A DNA stretch of 64,000 nt from a virus (IMGVR_UViG_3300035516_000188:314-64313), one strand, 5' to 3'; counted from the first letter of the stretch, positions 36,468-46,973 are shown. The notes: generated by a model from the letters alone, not told the origin. Program-made: numbers and translations.

Positions 36468-36525
36468 CCTCAAAATAAGGCTGTAAATGCCTCACAAACC
36501 TTAAATTACTAATATTTTCTACCGA

Positions 36526-38265
36526 ATGCCGCTACGGTTAATTGATAAAAGCATAATATTTCCTAAGCCTTATCCCAAAGTGACCAGAAAGCTGCCAACA
36601 GTAAAAGATGAAGGATGGACGAAAGTTGATGGCTTTACTCTGAGAAAAGGGATTGATTTCATACCACAAGTAGGAATGCAAGAGTCTGTGTGCGCTTGCG
36701 AAAGTAATCTGATATTCATGTGCGGTCAAGCAACGTCCGGAAAAACGTTTACCATGTATCTTAAAGCGCTGGGCGGTGTAGATAAATTCGGTTTTACTTC
36801 GCGTATTATCTCCGTGCGCGCTGTCGACTCGCAAAAAGGTTCGTCTATATTCCGAGACGGTGTGACAGTGCTTGGAAATTTCTCAAACTGCGATTACTCC
36901 TCATCCGGAGTCCCAACTTTTTCTTATCCGCAATGGAATAGCAACTTGCAACTTATTCACTCAAACTTTAACGTCAGAAATCCAGCCGAGTGGAAGCTGT
37001 TCCAAGACTATGCTAAGAAACAACAGTCGTCACTGATTATGGTGGACGAGGCAACAGAAATGGAAGAGTTTAAAATGTTTGCATATTGGTTTATGCGAAA
37101 TCGTGATAACTCCGGTATGATACCACAAATGATATGTTCTTTTAACCCACTATATGGGCATTGGACGAACGATATGCTTATCGAAGCTGGGTATATTGAT
37201 ACAAGCACATGGCACCTGCAACGAGACATGATAGGCAAAACAAGGTATTTTTACGTTAAAGGGGATGACCCGCATGGTATTATTTGGGGCGACACTCGAA
37301 AAGAAGTAGCAGATGCAGCAGGATTACGCGATAAACCAGAAGACGTTTCAGTTGGTATCACAAGATACGACTACGTAAAATCATTCACAGTGTTCACCGC
37401 GAACGCTGCCGACAACCGCGAGCTTGTTCACGCAACCGGAGGTCAGTCTGTTGCAAACCTGCACGCAGTTGGTGCAACACAACGTGCCGTGATCGGCGAG
37501 GCTTATTTTGGGCCTATCGAGAACGAGGAAAACTCAGTATCTCGTAAAATGATACTCAATCTTTGGGAAAACCCGGAAGATAATGACGAGATAATGTATG
37601 CCACAATGGACGTTTCTTCGGGTAAGGCAGAAAACGATAAGTCGCCGATGATTATATGGAGAGGACATCGGGCGATTGCTGTCGAGTTTTTTAGTGGAGA
37701 ACCCACAGAGATGTCTGGGTGGATTAAACGCACGCTTGAAAAATACAACGTACCCATCAGCAACTTTGCCTACGACGCAACCGGACACGGCTATTGGATG
37801 CAGGGATTAACAGACGGTATTCCGATTACATGGAATAAGCGCGTGATGCAAGAGTATGATCAGTTCGGGAACCCAGTGACACTGGACGAGTTTTTTAATC
37901 TTCGCTCACAGCTGCTTGGAAAAACAGAAGTGTTACTGAAAAGCGGAATATTATCTTGCTCTATTCCACAAGACACGAAATTCTTGTATGGTCGAAAAGG
38001 CGAAACGCGCAGATTTTTAGATGTACTTTTCGACGAGATGGCACTATTCAACAAAACGACCAAAAACAAGAAAACGTACTATCGCAGTACGGACGAGTTC
38101 AAGGAAAAGTTTCACTTCTCGCCGGATATTATGACAACAATAGGTTTGCGCGCAGTATTCGACCTCGACGCACGACCACGAAAACAAGCAGCGCCAGAAG
38201 TTAGGGACGACGCTTACGATGATTTCTATTCAAACAATTATGATACAACATTTTTCGATAACTAA
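36526..38265 (+). CDS. terL: terminase large subunit
   Basis: PQVGMQ, Walker A GQATSGKT, Walker B IMVDEATE, nuclease acidic residues (ATMDVS, YDATG, SPD). Confidence 0.9.
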   Translation: MPLRLIDKSIIFPKPYPKVTRKLPTVKDEGWTKVDGFTLRKGIDFIPQVGMQESVCACESNLIFMCGQATSGKTFTMYLKALGGVDKFGFTSRIISVRAVDSQKGSSIFRDGVTVLGNFSNCDYSSSGVPTFSYPQWNSNLQLIHSNFNVRNPAEWKLFQDYAKKQQSSLIMVDEATEMEEFKMFAYWFMRNRDNSGMIPQMICSFNPLYGHWTNDMLIEAGYIDTSTWHLQRDMIGKTRYFYVKGDDPHGIIWGDTRKEVADAAGLRDKPEDVSVGITRYDYVKSFTVFTANAADNRELVHATGGQSVANLHAVGATQRAVIGEAYFGPIENEENSVSRKMILNLWENPEDNDEIMYATMDVSSGKAENDKSPMIIWRGHRAIAVEFFSGEPTEMSGWIKRTLEKYNVPISNFAYDATGHGYWMQGLTDGIPITWNKRVMQEYDQFGNPVTLDEFFNLRSQLLGKTEVLLKSGILSCSIPQDTKFLYGRKGETRRFLDVLFDEMALFNKTTKNKKTYYRSTDEFKEKFHFSPDIMTTIGLRAVFDLDARPRKQAAPEVRDDAYDDFYSNNYDTTFFDN

Positions 38266-38283
38266 CAAGTAACAACTAAAACT

Positions 38284-39999
38284 ATGAACATTACAGAAGA
38301 CTTAAAAAAGCCGTATTGGGTGCGAAAGGTTCACGAGGGGTACAATGAACGTGAGCCAAGGGTTTCTCGCATCGCCAATTTCTACGAGTTCCCAACCGGA
38401 CAAGCACAGCCTGGCGAAATCTACCTTACAGAGGAAGATTTTGTCAGAGAAATCCAACAGTCAGCTCACAAGCAGATGAGCGAGATGCAATCATCGTGCC
38501 CGGTATGGGAACAGCAAACAGATCCGAACGACCCATCAAAGAAACGTTGGACGATAGACCACTTTGACGACGTGGAAGTCACCACGGCTGGTATTCAGAA
38601 ACGCGGAGCAAACACGTTCATTTCGCACATGAGTGGCAAAGGTTTCGCAGTGTCAAACGAGACAAAGAACGAGGCGGACGCTTTCGAGAAACTTTGTTCT
38701 TGGAAGGATTCTGTCGGCATCAACACAACAGCCTTCACAGAAATTTGTACTTCGCTTGCTTACACCTGCGAGGCGCTTATATATCAGTACAAGACAAACA
38801 ACAACAAAGACATCGAGTACAAAGTATTCTCATACTTGAACGGCGACTTGATTTTTAAGTCGGTAGACGAGAATAACGACCCGGTATATAAGCGCAGATA
38901 CACTGTCAAAGGCAAGATTGCCATCGACGTGTTCACTTGCAAGCGAGTACAGACTTGGGTCGCTTTTGTAGACGGAGATCAGAAATGGTGGGATGCCGTG
39001 AAAGGTTGGTTTAATCAAGCAAGCGGATTATCAGCCGTAGGTACAAAGTCGGAAGATGGCTATGTGTGTGTTTCGGACACAGCGACATCAACACCCGACC
39101 ATGTGAACCCTTGTACTTATTTCCGTTTACCGGACTTGCGCAGTGGTGACTCACAACTCAACATCGAGGCATACGAAAAAGCAGAGTCGCTCGTTGCCGA
39201 GGAATATAAGGAAGATGCGTTCCCGGACTTCTTGATTAAGGCAGAGAAGATTGTCTCTCTTCCGCCAAGAAGTAAGTACGGACGTAAGACGTATGGTGTA
39301 AAAGGCTCTGCTGAAAATCTGAAAGCATCCACGGCGGAGTATATCAAGCCGGCAGACGCAAGCAACATCGCGCAGTTAAACCTCGACACTAAGTGGAACG
39401 AGATTAAGAACGCTATGATGAGCGTCTACATCGATCCGGAGATTTTGAAGTCGGGCGCAGACAGCTCAACGACTATCAAGATACTGTTCACTCCAGAGCT
39501 GCAATACTGCCAGATAATGTGGCCTTTCTTTTTCAAACCGCTTAAACACATGATGAACGTGTTTAAGGAACTTGTCGGGCAGGTGGAGGGAGAACCAACT
39601 AAGTTCTCCAAACTGCGCATCTCGATTGCGCCCGATTTTTGGATACCAAACAACACATCCGAAGAGATTGAAAACACTTGCAAGCTCGTTTACGCTGGCG
39701 TACTTTCACAAGAAAACGCACGCAACATGATTGACTTGCAGTATGTGAACGATGCCAAGATTGTGAACCAAGAAAAAGAGCTTGATTTGTTTAGAACAAC
39801 TTACGTTCCGCTCAAAGCTAAGGCACAAGCAGAAAAAGACTTTGGTCTCACGGACGTTGCGAACGATGTAGTTGTAAACAAAGACATCTCAAACAATTCA
39901 AGCAGCTCAAATTCAAAAACTGCATCAGGCTCTGACAACCCATACAAGCCGACAACCAAGCAAGACAACAATCTGAACAGAGCTAACATTTCCAAATAA
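38284..39999 (+). CDS. portal protein
   Basis: 571 aa directly after terL; size and helical C-terminus. Confidence 0.75.
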   Translation: MNITEDLKKPYWVRKVHEGYNEREPRVSRIANFYEFPTGQAQPGEIYLTEEDFVREIQQSAHKQMSEMQSSCPVWEQQTDPNDPSKKRWTIDHFDDVEVTTAGIQKRGANTFISHMSGKGFAVSNETKNEADAFEKLCSWKDSVGINTTAFTEICTSLAYTCEALIYQYKTNNNKDIEYKVFSYLNGDLIFKSVDENNDPVYKRRYTVKGKIAIDVFTCKRVQTWVAFVDGDQKWWDAVKGWFNQASGLSAVGTKSEDGYVCVSDTATSTPDHVNPCTYFRLPDLRSGDSQLNIEAYEKAESLVAEEYKEDAFPDFLIKAEKIVSLPPRSKYGRKTYGVKGSAENLKASTAEYIKPADASNIAQLNLDTKWNEIKNAMMSVYIDPEILKSGADSSTTIKILFTPELQYCQIMWPFFFKPLKHMMNVFKELVGQVEGEPTKFSKLRISIAPDFWIPNNTSEEIENTCKLVYAGVLSQENARNMIDLQYVNDAKIVNQEKELDLFRTTYVPLKAKAQAEKDFGLTDVANDVVVNKDISNNSSSSNSKTASGSDNPYKPTTKQDNNLNRANISK

Positions 40000-40000
40000 C

Positions 40001-40035
40001 ATAACAGCCGGGACAATCACTGCTCCGGCTGTTAT
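40001..40035. terminator. bidirectional terminator between convergent portal and SSB genes
   Basis: ATAACAGCCGG / CCGGCTGTTAT 11-bp stem. Confidence 0.6.
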
Positions 40036-40078
40036 ATAGAAACACATTAAAAAAACTGAGAAAATTAAAACGTATTAA

Positions 40079-40504
40079 CTAAAATGGGAGTTCTTCGCTT
40101 TGATTTTGTGCCGTGAACCTCTGCGCCTGCTGCGATGGCTGCGTATAAGGCTGCGCTGGCTGTGCATAAGTTTGAGCGGGTTGTGGTTGCGCATAAGACT
40201 GAGCTGACTGAACGTATTGAGGTGCTTGCATAGACACCTCTTTCCAAAGCCATGTGCTAATGCTCGTAAACCACTTTCCGTTGCTTTCTCTACTCTCCGG
40301 AGTAATGCTAAACGTATAGTCGCCACCGAGTTTTACCTGCGAAAGCTCGGTGGCTTTCTTCATGTTTGATAAAGCAACTTTTCTTGTGTAAGTTCCTTCT
40401 TGGTATTCTACGATAACCGTAGCTTTCTGCCACGGGTTCCCGGTTGACTTGCTCACACCTTGCTCAATAGGCAAAATTTGAACTACTTTTCCTGTAATCT
40501 CCAT
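40079..40504 (-). CDS. single-stranded DNA-binding protein (DUF3127-like OB fold)
   Basis: MEITGKVVQILP...W.K...ESRE.NGKWFTSI, Q/P-rich linker, acidic EELPF tip. Confidence 0.75.
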   Translation of the reverse strand: MEITGKVVQILPIEQGVSKSTGNPWQKATVIVEYQEGTYTRKVALSNMKKATELSQVKLGGDYTFSITPESRESNGKWFTSISTWLWKEVSMQAPQYVQSAQSYAQPQPAQTYAQPAQPYTQPSQQAQRFTAQNQSEELPF

Positions 40505-40524
40505 TTTTATAACTTGTTGTATTG

Positions 40525-41058
40525 TTAGTCATCATCGTCATCGGCGATGTTGCCTTGTTTTATATTCTCTTCAACGAAAGCCTTGTATCTACATTGAGAA
40601 CACGTCTCCGGCAAATATCTCTGAGGGGCAATAATAGTTTCTTGTGTCTCTTCCAAGATGCCCATCTTGTCGGCGAGCTTTACTGCGGTGTCTACTTGTT
40701 CAAGCGTCTCTGCATCATCAATGGCATTCGCCACCTTGTCTTTTAGCACAATAGCAGAACGCTTAATCTTCTCTTCTGTGTTCTCGTCCTTTTTTACAGT
40801 TCCGTTTTGTTTTCTATCTAAAAACGATTTTATATACTCTCTGTATCGAGATATGAAATCCCTTGTTTGAGCCATAGCAAAAAATTGCTCACTATAATGG
40901 GATAGAACTTTTGGCATCATCTCGGGGTGAACGAACATTTTATAAGCCTCAGTCCTATCGCACCCACTCAAAACACACCAAATAAGGCATTTTATCTCTT
41001 TTTGTTCAAGCTCCCATTTAGCCCCAGGTATTCCCATTGGGATTAAACTCTCTGCCAT
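40525..41058 (-). CDS. possible terminase small subunit
   Basis: 177 aa; RTEAYKM helix-turn-helix-like N-terminus; CxxC near the end; not adjacent to terL. Confidence 0.3.
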   Translation of the reverse strand: MAESLIPMGIPGAKWELEQKEIKCLIWCVLSGCDRTEAYKMFVHPEMMPKVLSHYSEQFFAMAQTRDFISRYREYIKSFLDRKQNGTVKKDENTEEKIKRSAIVLKDKVANAIDDAETLEQVDTAVKLADKMGILEETQETIIAPQRYLPETCSQCRYKAFVEENIKQGNIADDDDD

Positions 41059-41059
41059 T

Positions 41060-41485
41060 TTATCTATATTGATTGTTCAGATACTTTTCTATAAATGACT
41101 GAAACTCTTCAAGGCTACGGATAACGATGTACAAATATCCTTGTTCTGTAACTAATCGCTGCCATTCCTTTTGAGCCTCAGATTGTCTGCCAATATCAGT
41201 CTTAAATTCGATGCAAGCAGCATGATAGCCGCTTCTTGGCAAGAATAATATTGCGTCCGAAACACCAGAAACAACACCCATTGTTCTGCGCCTTGCACCC
41301 TCTCGCAGCTGATCTTGCTTAGATAATCTATTCGAGGTACTTAGCTCGTTCTGAACGGCAAAGTAGAGATGTCTGGTCTCCGGATGCGTGTTCCATAACC
41401 AAAGAACGGTAGACATTTGAATTTGTGCCTCCGGATTTCCATGGGTTCGACGTTTGATTTCCGGTTTAGGAGTTTCAATTATCAT
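41060..41485 (-). CDS. VRR-NUC domain nuclease / Holliday junction resolvase
   Basis: EAQIQ, GVVSGVSDAIL, CIEFKT..GRQSEAQKEW. Confidence 0.85.
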   Translation of the reverse strand: MIIETPKPEIKRRTHGNPEAQIQMSTVLWLWNTHPETRHLYFAVQNELSTSNRLSKQDQLREGARRRTMGVVSGVSDAILFLPRSGYHAACIEFKTDIGRQSEAQKEWQRLVTEQGYLYIVIRSLEEFQSFIEKYLNNQYR

Positions 41486-41488
41486 GCG

Positions 41489-41496
41489 CAAATATA
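41489..41496 (-). promoter_or_regulatory. -7 element 3 nt from the VRR-NUC ATG (possibly leaderless)
   Basis: TATATTTG-CGC-ATG. Confidence 0.45.
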
Positions 41497-41534
41497 ATAA
41501 TTATATCGAAATATCGTTAATTCAAATCGAAAAG

Positions 41535-41565
41535 TTTGCGTTAATAGAATAAAAACGTATCTTTG
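41535..41565 (+). promoter_or_regulatory. consensus promoter facing the helicase 3' end (antisense)
   Basis: TTTG (41535-38), 19 nt spacer, TATCTTTG (41558-65). Confidence 0.55.
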
Positions 41566-41664
41566 CGTCGATAATTTGTTTTTCCACAATAAAATTATCA
41601 TCTAATTTTGTATTTAAGAGATTAACAAAAATACGTGCTGCTTGTGAAAGTCGCTCGTATTTTT

Positions 41665-43191
41665 TTATGCAGTCTCGAGACTTCTGCCAATCTGTTTCTG
41701 CTTAATCTTACTCCAAATAGTTTTTTTGAACTGATACCAATAAGCATCCGCTTCTCGGTCTGTTTTGCCCGGCGCAAGAATTTTGTATGCCTCGCTAAAT
41801 GCCTTATGCTCAACTCCTGCATTAGACAAACATACTTGCACCAAGATACGTGACATCTTCCAACCTTCAAGACGCTTTTCAGCAACAAACTTTTCAAGCG
41901 TATTTTCTTGAGAACATTCTTTGACTTCTTCCAAATGGCACTCGTAAACAAATTTTTCAGTTGGAAAAACCTTACCACAGCAAGGGCAGACTTTGCACGT
42001 TGACGGTATCATAGCTCCGCAGCCGTAATATCCGTTCTCGCCTTTCTCTTTTGGGTCGCATATTTTTGTCTGCGTCATGCCCGTGCTTGAATGAACATCA
42101 TGCCAAAGCGACCACTCTCTATCTTTGTCGTACATTCCAAAGCGAGCGTGATTTCTGCCAGCGTCCAATACCCAAAACTCGTGTTTTTTGTCTGTCACAC
42201 GGCTACCACGACCAACAGATTGCAGATACTTGCTTAGGCTTACAGTGCTGTAATTGAGTATCACAACTTCCACATCTTTTTGGTCGAAACCTGCGACGGC
42301 AACACCGACGTTCACCAATACAGTAAACTCACCCCTTGCAAACGCTTCAACGACTTCACTGCGCTTACCGCTGTACGTCTCGTCGCTGTCAAAGCTGCCC
42401 GAAAGCACATATTTTGCTGATATGCCGCGCTTGTTTAGCTCTTCCGTCATTTCAATGGCTTGTTTAGAGCTTACACAGAAACAAATGGCTTTCTTACCCG
42501 GAGTGATGCGCAGATACTCGTCAATGATACCCGTGTACACTTGCTTGTTCTCAAACCGAGCTGCCAGCTGTTTTCGGTTGTAATCCCCCGTGCCACTGTC
42601 AATGTTTACTCCGTCAAGACTGGGGGCAACAACAGAGTAATGGTGACACTCCGATAGATAACCCTGCTTGATTAAGTCTTTCACTGTGATGCTTACAACC
42701 ATTGCACCGTAGAACTTCCCAAGCTGTTCTTGATGCCCTTGCCGCTGTGGTGTAGCAGTGCAACCCAAGACAAAACAACCTTGCGATAGGTATGCGTGAA
42801 CAAAGTCTGACGTTTGAACATGACACTCGTCGATGATACAAATCTCGACGGTTTTCAGATATTCTCGCCATTCTTGTTTTTCAACTCGTCGGCGCAAGGT
42901 CTGTGCCATGCAACACACGACATTGTTTTCCGGTATGCTTGTGTACTTTGGGCTGATATAATCTACGTCCAAGCCAATAGACTTCATTGCACCGCCATTT
43001 TGTGTCAAAATCTCCGTTCGGTCGGATAAAATAAGCACTTTTCGGTCAAATCTTTGGCTGCGCAGCGCAATGTTACTGAATACGACGGTCTTTCCACTGC
43101 CCGTCGGCGCACAGAAAAGCACCCTGCGATACTTCGCAAGCGCAGTCTGTATCTCGCTTACGGCATTCTCTTGGTAAGGTCTAAGTTGCAT
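41665..43191 (-). CDS. SF2 DEAD/DEAH-box helicase
   Basis: LRPYQ, APTGSGKT, IIDECH, CTATPQR, YLQSVGRGSR; C-terminal Zn ribbon. Confidence 0.9.
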   Translation of the reverse strand: MQLRPYQENAVSEIQTALAKYRRVLFCAPTGSGKTVVFSNIALRSQRFDRKVLILSDRTEILTQNGGAMKSIGLDVDYISPKYTSIPENNVVCCMAQTLRRRVEKQEWREYLKTVEICIIDECHVQTSDFVHAYLSQGCFVLGCTATPQRQGHQEQLGKFYGAMVVSITVKDLIKQGYLSECHHYSVVAPSLDGVNIDSGTGDYNRKQLAARFENKQVYTGIIDEYLRITPGKKAICFCVSSKQAIEMTEELNKRGISAKYVLSGSFDSDETYSGKRSEVVEAFARGEFTVLVNVGVAVAGFDQKDVEVVILNYSTVSLSKYLQSVGRGSRVTDKKHEFWVLDAGRNHARFGMYDKDREWSLWHDVHSSTGMTQTKICDPKEKGENGYYGCGAMIPSTCKVCPCCGKVFPTEKFVYECHLEEVKECSQENTLEKFVAEKRLEGWKMSRILVQVCLSNAGVEHKAFSEAYKILAPGKTDREADAYWYQFKKTIWSKIKQKQIGRSLETA

Positions 43192-43210
43192 GATAGTTAA
43201 GGTTTTGTTT

Positions 43211-43522
43211 TTACGGCACGGATACCATTTTTATCTTATGCCATACGTTGCTCATAAATGGTATTTTTGCTTTCCAAAGCTCTTTTAGAGACAAAATATC
43301 TATACCATATAAGCTTTTGGATATTTCGCTTAGTTCATTGTCAAACCGACTGTCTCCATTGTCCCACGACATAAGAAACTCAAACCTTACAGTTTGACCG
43401 TCTTTAAGCCGATATATCTGATATGGGCTTGGAACTCCAATGGCATCAGATGGAAGCAAGGCAATATTCGCAAATTTAAGGTCAATGCTCGCTATTTCGG
43501 CTGTAATACTTTTGTTTGTCAT
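43211..43522 (-). CDS. hypothetical protein
   Basis: 103-aa ORF in the operon. Confidence 0.5.
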   Translation of the reverse strand: MTNKSITAEIASIDLKFANIALLPSDAIGVPSPYQIYRLKDGQTVRFEFLMSWDNGDSRFDNELSEISKSLYGIDILSLKELWKAKIPFMSNVWHKIKMVSVP

Positions 43523-43898
43523 ACTTCACAATAATGCAATAATCATCTCTAATAGCTCTTTTTGTGCAGCCGTTTCTAAGAGCTTCTGCAATCCAATGCT
43601 GCTGCATGATTTTCACAGAAGTGTCATAGATGTATTTTGCAAGGAACCCAGCAATATTAGTTTGCAATGGGACTTTAGCAATCATAAGTATTCTATGGCA
43701 CTCGTTATTCCAGAACTTTAAAATATCTCCGGGAACAGCGGTATTCAATGCACCATTATAGTATTCCCCCAACGGTAGCAAAAGCAAATCCGGTTCGTCA
43801 TCTGCCATTGGCAGATGACTTATCGGAATTATTTTCGGTTTTTTTGTTACAGAGTCTCGATCCATTTTTTGTTTCCTTTTATTGCAAAATACATACAC
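43482..43898 (-). CDS. hypothetical protein
   Basis: 138-aa ORF overlapping its neighbours. Confidence 0.5.
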   Translation of the reverse strand: MYVFCNKRKQKMDRDSVTKKPKIIPISHLPMADDEPDLLLLPLGEYYNGALNTAVPGDILKFWNNECHRILMIAKVPLQTNIAGFLAKYIYDTSVKIMQQHWIAEALRNGCTKRAIRDDYCIIVKYDKQKYYSRNSEH

Positions 43899-44449
43899 TT
43901 CTGAAACAAAGCATATCTGCTTGCAGATTTTGAATATTTGTTCAAATTATCTTGGTCAGTTTTTGCTCTGTCATAGCACATCATCTGCATATCCTCTATT
44001 ATTTCATCTCGCTTGATATTTTTAAGCTTATCTCCCCACCGCATAAATGGCTGAGACATGAAAACATCAATGTAAGAACTTTTTGGATAAGTCCAAAAAG
44101 ATTTCATACCCATATTGTAGAAGTCCTGCGATAGAGGTAAAAAGCATCCAAGAAAGTTGTTACGAGTAATCCTATTCATAAACTTTCGCATAGTTGTGAG
44201 ATTACGATTTCCCCTCAGCAAATAAGCAATGGTAAGCAGCCACTCAGAACCGTTTTTGAACTCATTGTCGCTCACCCTGCCATACGTTCCTGGTGTAACA
44301 GTTTTCCCAATAAGCTCATTGCAAAGCATCTCGTCATGCGACTCTTTGGCATCACTTACACCGTACTTGTATAAAAAATCAAACGTATATAGTATGCAAG
44401 AAGCCTCATGCTTTGTAATAAGCTCGTCTTGAACAGAAAGTACGCTCAT
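43847..44449 (-). CDS. hypothetical protein
   Basis: 200-aa ORF. Confidence 0.6.
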   Translation of the reverse strand: MSVLSVQDELITKHEASCILYTFDFLYKYGVSDAKESHDEMLCNELIGKTVTPGTYGRVSDNEFKNGSEWLLTIAYLLRGNRNLTTMRKFMNRITRNNFLGCFLPLSQDFYNMGMKSFWTYPKSSYIDVFMSQPFMRWGDKLKNIKRDEIIEDMQMMCYDRAKTDQDNLNKYSKSASRYALFQKCMYFAIKGNKKWIETL

Positions 44450-44454
44450 AGATG

Positions 44455-45267
44455 TTATTTTATATAAATTACTATGTTCCCACCAAAGCCAATATAGCGA
44501 AGTAACTGACCGGATTTCACCTTCTTTGTTATATCATACTGAGATTTTACACCGTGATAAACTTGGAAATCCAACAGCTTCCCAATTCTATGCGCTTGGA
44601 CGAGGGAGTTAATAGTGTCACAAATAGACTCGCGTGTTTCTTTGTCAGATGCAAAAACGATAATTCCTTCAATAATTGTTAGCATACAGCTGCCTTTCGT
44701 AAACTCGCTTTTTATCTGCTTACTACTCATGTTTTTCTGAGAAGCCGAGCCAACAATTCCTGCCCTCACCCATTCATCAAACATAGATGCAATGCCTTCT
44801 TTTGAAAGGGATAAAGATGGGTTGACAACAACGGATAGACCTTCTGTGTCTGTCTTATCATCCGATTGATATTCTTTATCACCGTCAGAGAAGTTTGTAT
44901 CGCTTGTTTCTTGAACTCCAAAAAGTTGCTCAAACTCTTCTTCATCCTTTGGTCTTAGCCCTGCAAGCCATGAATTTAGATTGATGATATGGCTTGTATG
45001 GTCTTTGTTGTAAGAAAACCAATCGTTAAAAACTTGAAAGTCTACTCGCTTGTTTACGAGAGTGATTAAGTCATCGTAGCTAATGCTATATTCCACGTCG
45101 TTTATGATAAAAACGCCACCTTTAGCGTCATTTACCCAAAAACAGTCTCTGCGGTTAAAACCGTACATTCCACACAATCTTACTGCAAACTCTTCCGCAA
45201 TAAAATCGTGCAACAAAAGAAGGTCGTCCTTCGACAATTTAGAAATTTGTTTTTTCGTAATTTTCAT
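44455..45267 (-). CDS. hypothetical protein
   Basis: 270-aa ORF. Confidence 0.65.
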   Translation of the reverse strand: MKITKKQISKLSKDDLLLLHDFIAEEFAVRLCGMYGFNRRDCFWVNDAKGGVFIINDVEYSISYDDLITLVNKRVDFQVFNDWFSYNKDHTSHIINLNSWLAGLRPKDEEEFEQLFGVQETSDTNFSDGDKEYQSDDKTDTEGLSVVVNPSLSLSKEGIASMFDEWVRAGIVGSASQKNMSSKQIKSEFTKGSCMLTIIEGIIVFASDKETRESICDTINSLVQAHRIGKLLDFQVYHGVKSQYDITKKVKSGQLLRYIGFGGNIVIYIK

Positions 45268-45325
45268 TTTCTATATCCATATATAATTTAAGCATTTTAG
45301 CATGCAACCTATTGGGTTACAATAC

Positions 45326-45901
45326 CTAAAGCTTTCCTTTAAATTCAGAAATAACGTGCCTCAAAGCTTCACGGTCTTTTTCTCGTTGAGCCTTGTCGAA
45401 ACGATCGTATTTAGCCACTTCTCTCATAAATGCATCGTTTGCCATTTCTTGCTCGTCAGATACTCCAGCCGCTGCACTCTCTGCTCGCTTTTCAAGCCGT
45501 TTTATATACTTATTCAACTCTCTATCCAACCCATCAACAAAACCCTGGTCTTTGCACATGAAATCAGATATTTGATAAAGTCTCGAGATATACCCAAACA
45601 AGCTGTTCAAGTCGTTTTTCTCTGCAATGTAAAACAACATCGGAGAAGCAATGAAGTCGGATCTAAATTTCATCGACCAGAAATCATTGTCTGTCTTAAT
45701 GCACAAAGTGTATTTGCGGAAAATAAATCTGAAACCACGAGATTGTACTTCTTTTACTTTCTTATTCAAGAAATGCACAATGAACCACCATACGATACGT
45801 TTCCACGTGGTTGACATAGTTGTTTTAATGGTTGACCACGGATTTTTAGCTGCGCCAATCTTTCTTTTAGAAGATGCGCTTATTTTTTTATCGTTTCCCA
45901 T
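45326..45901 (-). CDS. hypothetical protein
   Basis: Start reassigned to ATG 45901 (MGNDKK), downstream of the promoter. Confidence 0.65.
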   Translation of the reverse strand: MGNDKKISASSKRKIGAAKNPWSTIKTTMSTTWKRIVWWFIVHFLNKKVKEVQSRGFRFIFRKYTLCIKTDNDFWSMKFRSDFIASPMLFYIAEKNDLNSLFGYISRLYQISDFMCKDQGFVDGLDRELNKYIKRLEKRAESAAAGVSDEQEMANDAFMREVAKYDRFDKAQREKDREALRHVISEFKGKL

Positions 45902-45919
45902 CTCTGTTGTTATTTTTCG

Positions 45920-45950
45920 CAAAGATAAATTATATTTTTAATTGCGCAAA
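45920..45950 (-). promoter_or_regulatory. Bacteroidota promoter
   Basis: TTTG, 19 nt spacer, TATCTTTG. Confidence 0.65.
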
Positions 45951-45953
45951 ATT

Positions 45954-46973
45954 TTATACACGGCTTGTCGATAATAATTTTTCCAAATCCGAAAAATGCT
46001 CTTTGTTATAGATTTTTCTTATAACCAAATCGGCAATATCGTCTTTTTCACTCACATTGTTACCTACCCACCATTCGCAGACCTTGGCTTCTTTTTTATT
46101 CTGAGACCAATCTTGCACAGCGTCCATGTCCGGTAACAGCACGAACCTATTATCTAAGTTCTTTAAGTTTGCTTTCCCGCCACAAGATAACCATGTGTAT
46201 TGAGGAAAGACAATAGCACATATCAACGCGGTTTTTTCGGACTCTACCATGAAAAGCTCACTCTGGCTCGAATTGTTTTCTCTTTTCCCCGAGTTATCCG
46301 CGTCGTTCTCATCTTCTGCATCATCCACAATCAAGTTGCTTCCATAGAACGGTCTCGCCGTATATCCGTCTGCCGTCTTATAATGCCTGCCTCCCCCGAA
46401 AGAGTGGTCTCTATGCCCGTCAAAGCCATATTTCATGACTTTATCGTAACATATTCTACCTTCTACGTCAAAGTACCAAAACACAACGTTTCCTTTGAAG
46501 TCGCTCGTAACACCATATTTGCTCCATGTTTCGTCTGTTTTCTGAAATCCAAACAAACGAGTCATCCAAACAAATAATGGGCACTTTGACCTTTCGTTTT
46601 GCAGATATAAGTTGTAATCTTGTTTCGTGATATACCGCGCAGGTATCTCACCTCGTTCTCGCTGCCCAGGCATCACATAGTAATTCCCACAACCACGCTT
46701 TAAAATACTGATTGCTGCATACTTATTTAACGCTCCGCCAAACTGTATCAGCCAATCAATAATGCTCATGTGTGGGCCTCCTTGCTCAAAGACGTAAATG
46801 TTTCCGCCGTAGAGCTTGACCGTTAGCTTGTTTTTCCGATAAGGGTGTTGGTCACGATTGATATAATATCTTCCAATCCATGTGTTGTTATGCCATACCA
46901 AATCCAAGCCCATAATCTCCGGGATGCGCCTTAGAACGTCGTCCCAATAGATGTTTGTGTATAAAATACTCAT
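45954..46973 (-). CDS. TOPRIM-type primase-like protein (DUF6371-like)
   Basis: VFWYFD..GRI...KVMKY, MVESEKTAL, WLSCGG, LLPDMD. Confidence 0.65.
   Translation of the reverse strand: MSILYTNIYWDDVLRRIPEIMGLDLVWHNNTWIGRYYINRDQHPYRKNKLTVKLYGGNIYVFEQGGPHMSIIDWLIQFGGALNKYAAISILKRGCGNYYVMPGQRERGEIPARYITKQDYNLYLQNERSKCPLFVWMTRLFGFQKTDETWSKYGVTSDFKGNVVFWYFDVEGRICYDKVMKYGFDGHRDHSFGGGRHYKTADGYTARPFYGSNLIVDDAEDENDADNSGKRENNSSQSELFMVESEKTALICAIVFPQYTWLSCGGKANLKNLDNRFVLLPDMDAVQDWSQNKKEAKVCEWWVGNNVSEKDDIADLVIRKIYNKEHFSDLEKLLSTSRV

Noticed and set aside
36480-40075. terL-portal block as an invertible segment of the serine recombinase
   Set aside because: No inverted repeats found at the two ends, and each flank has its own promoter or terminator fitted to the current orientation.
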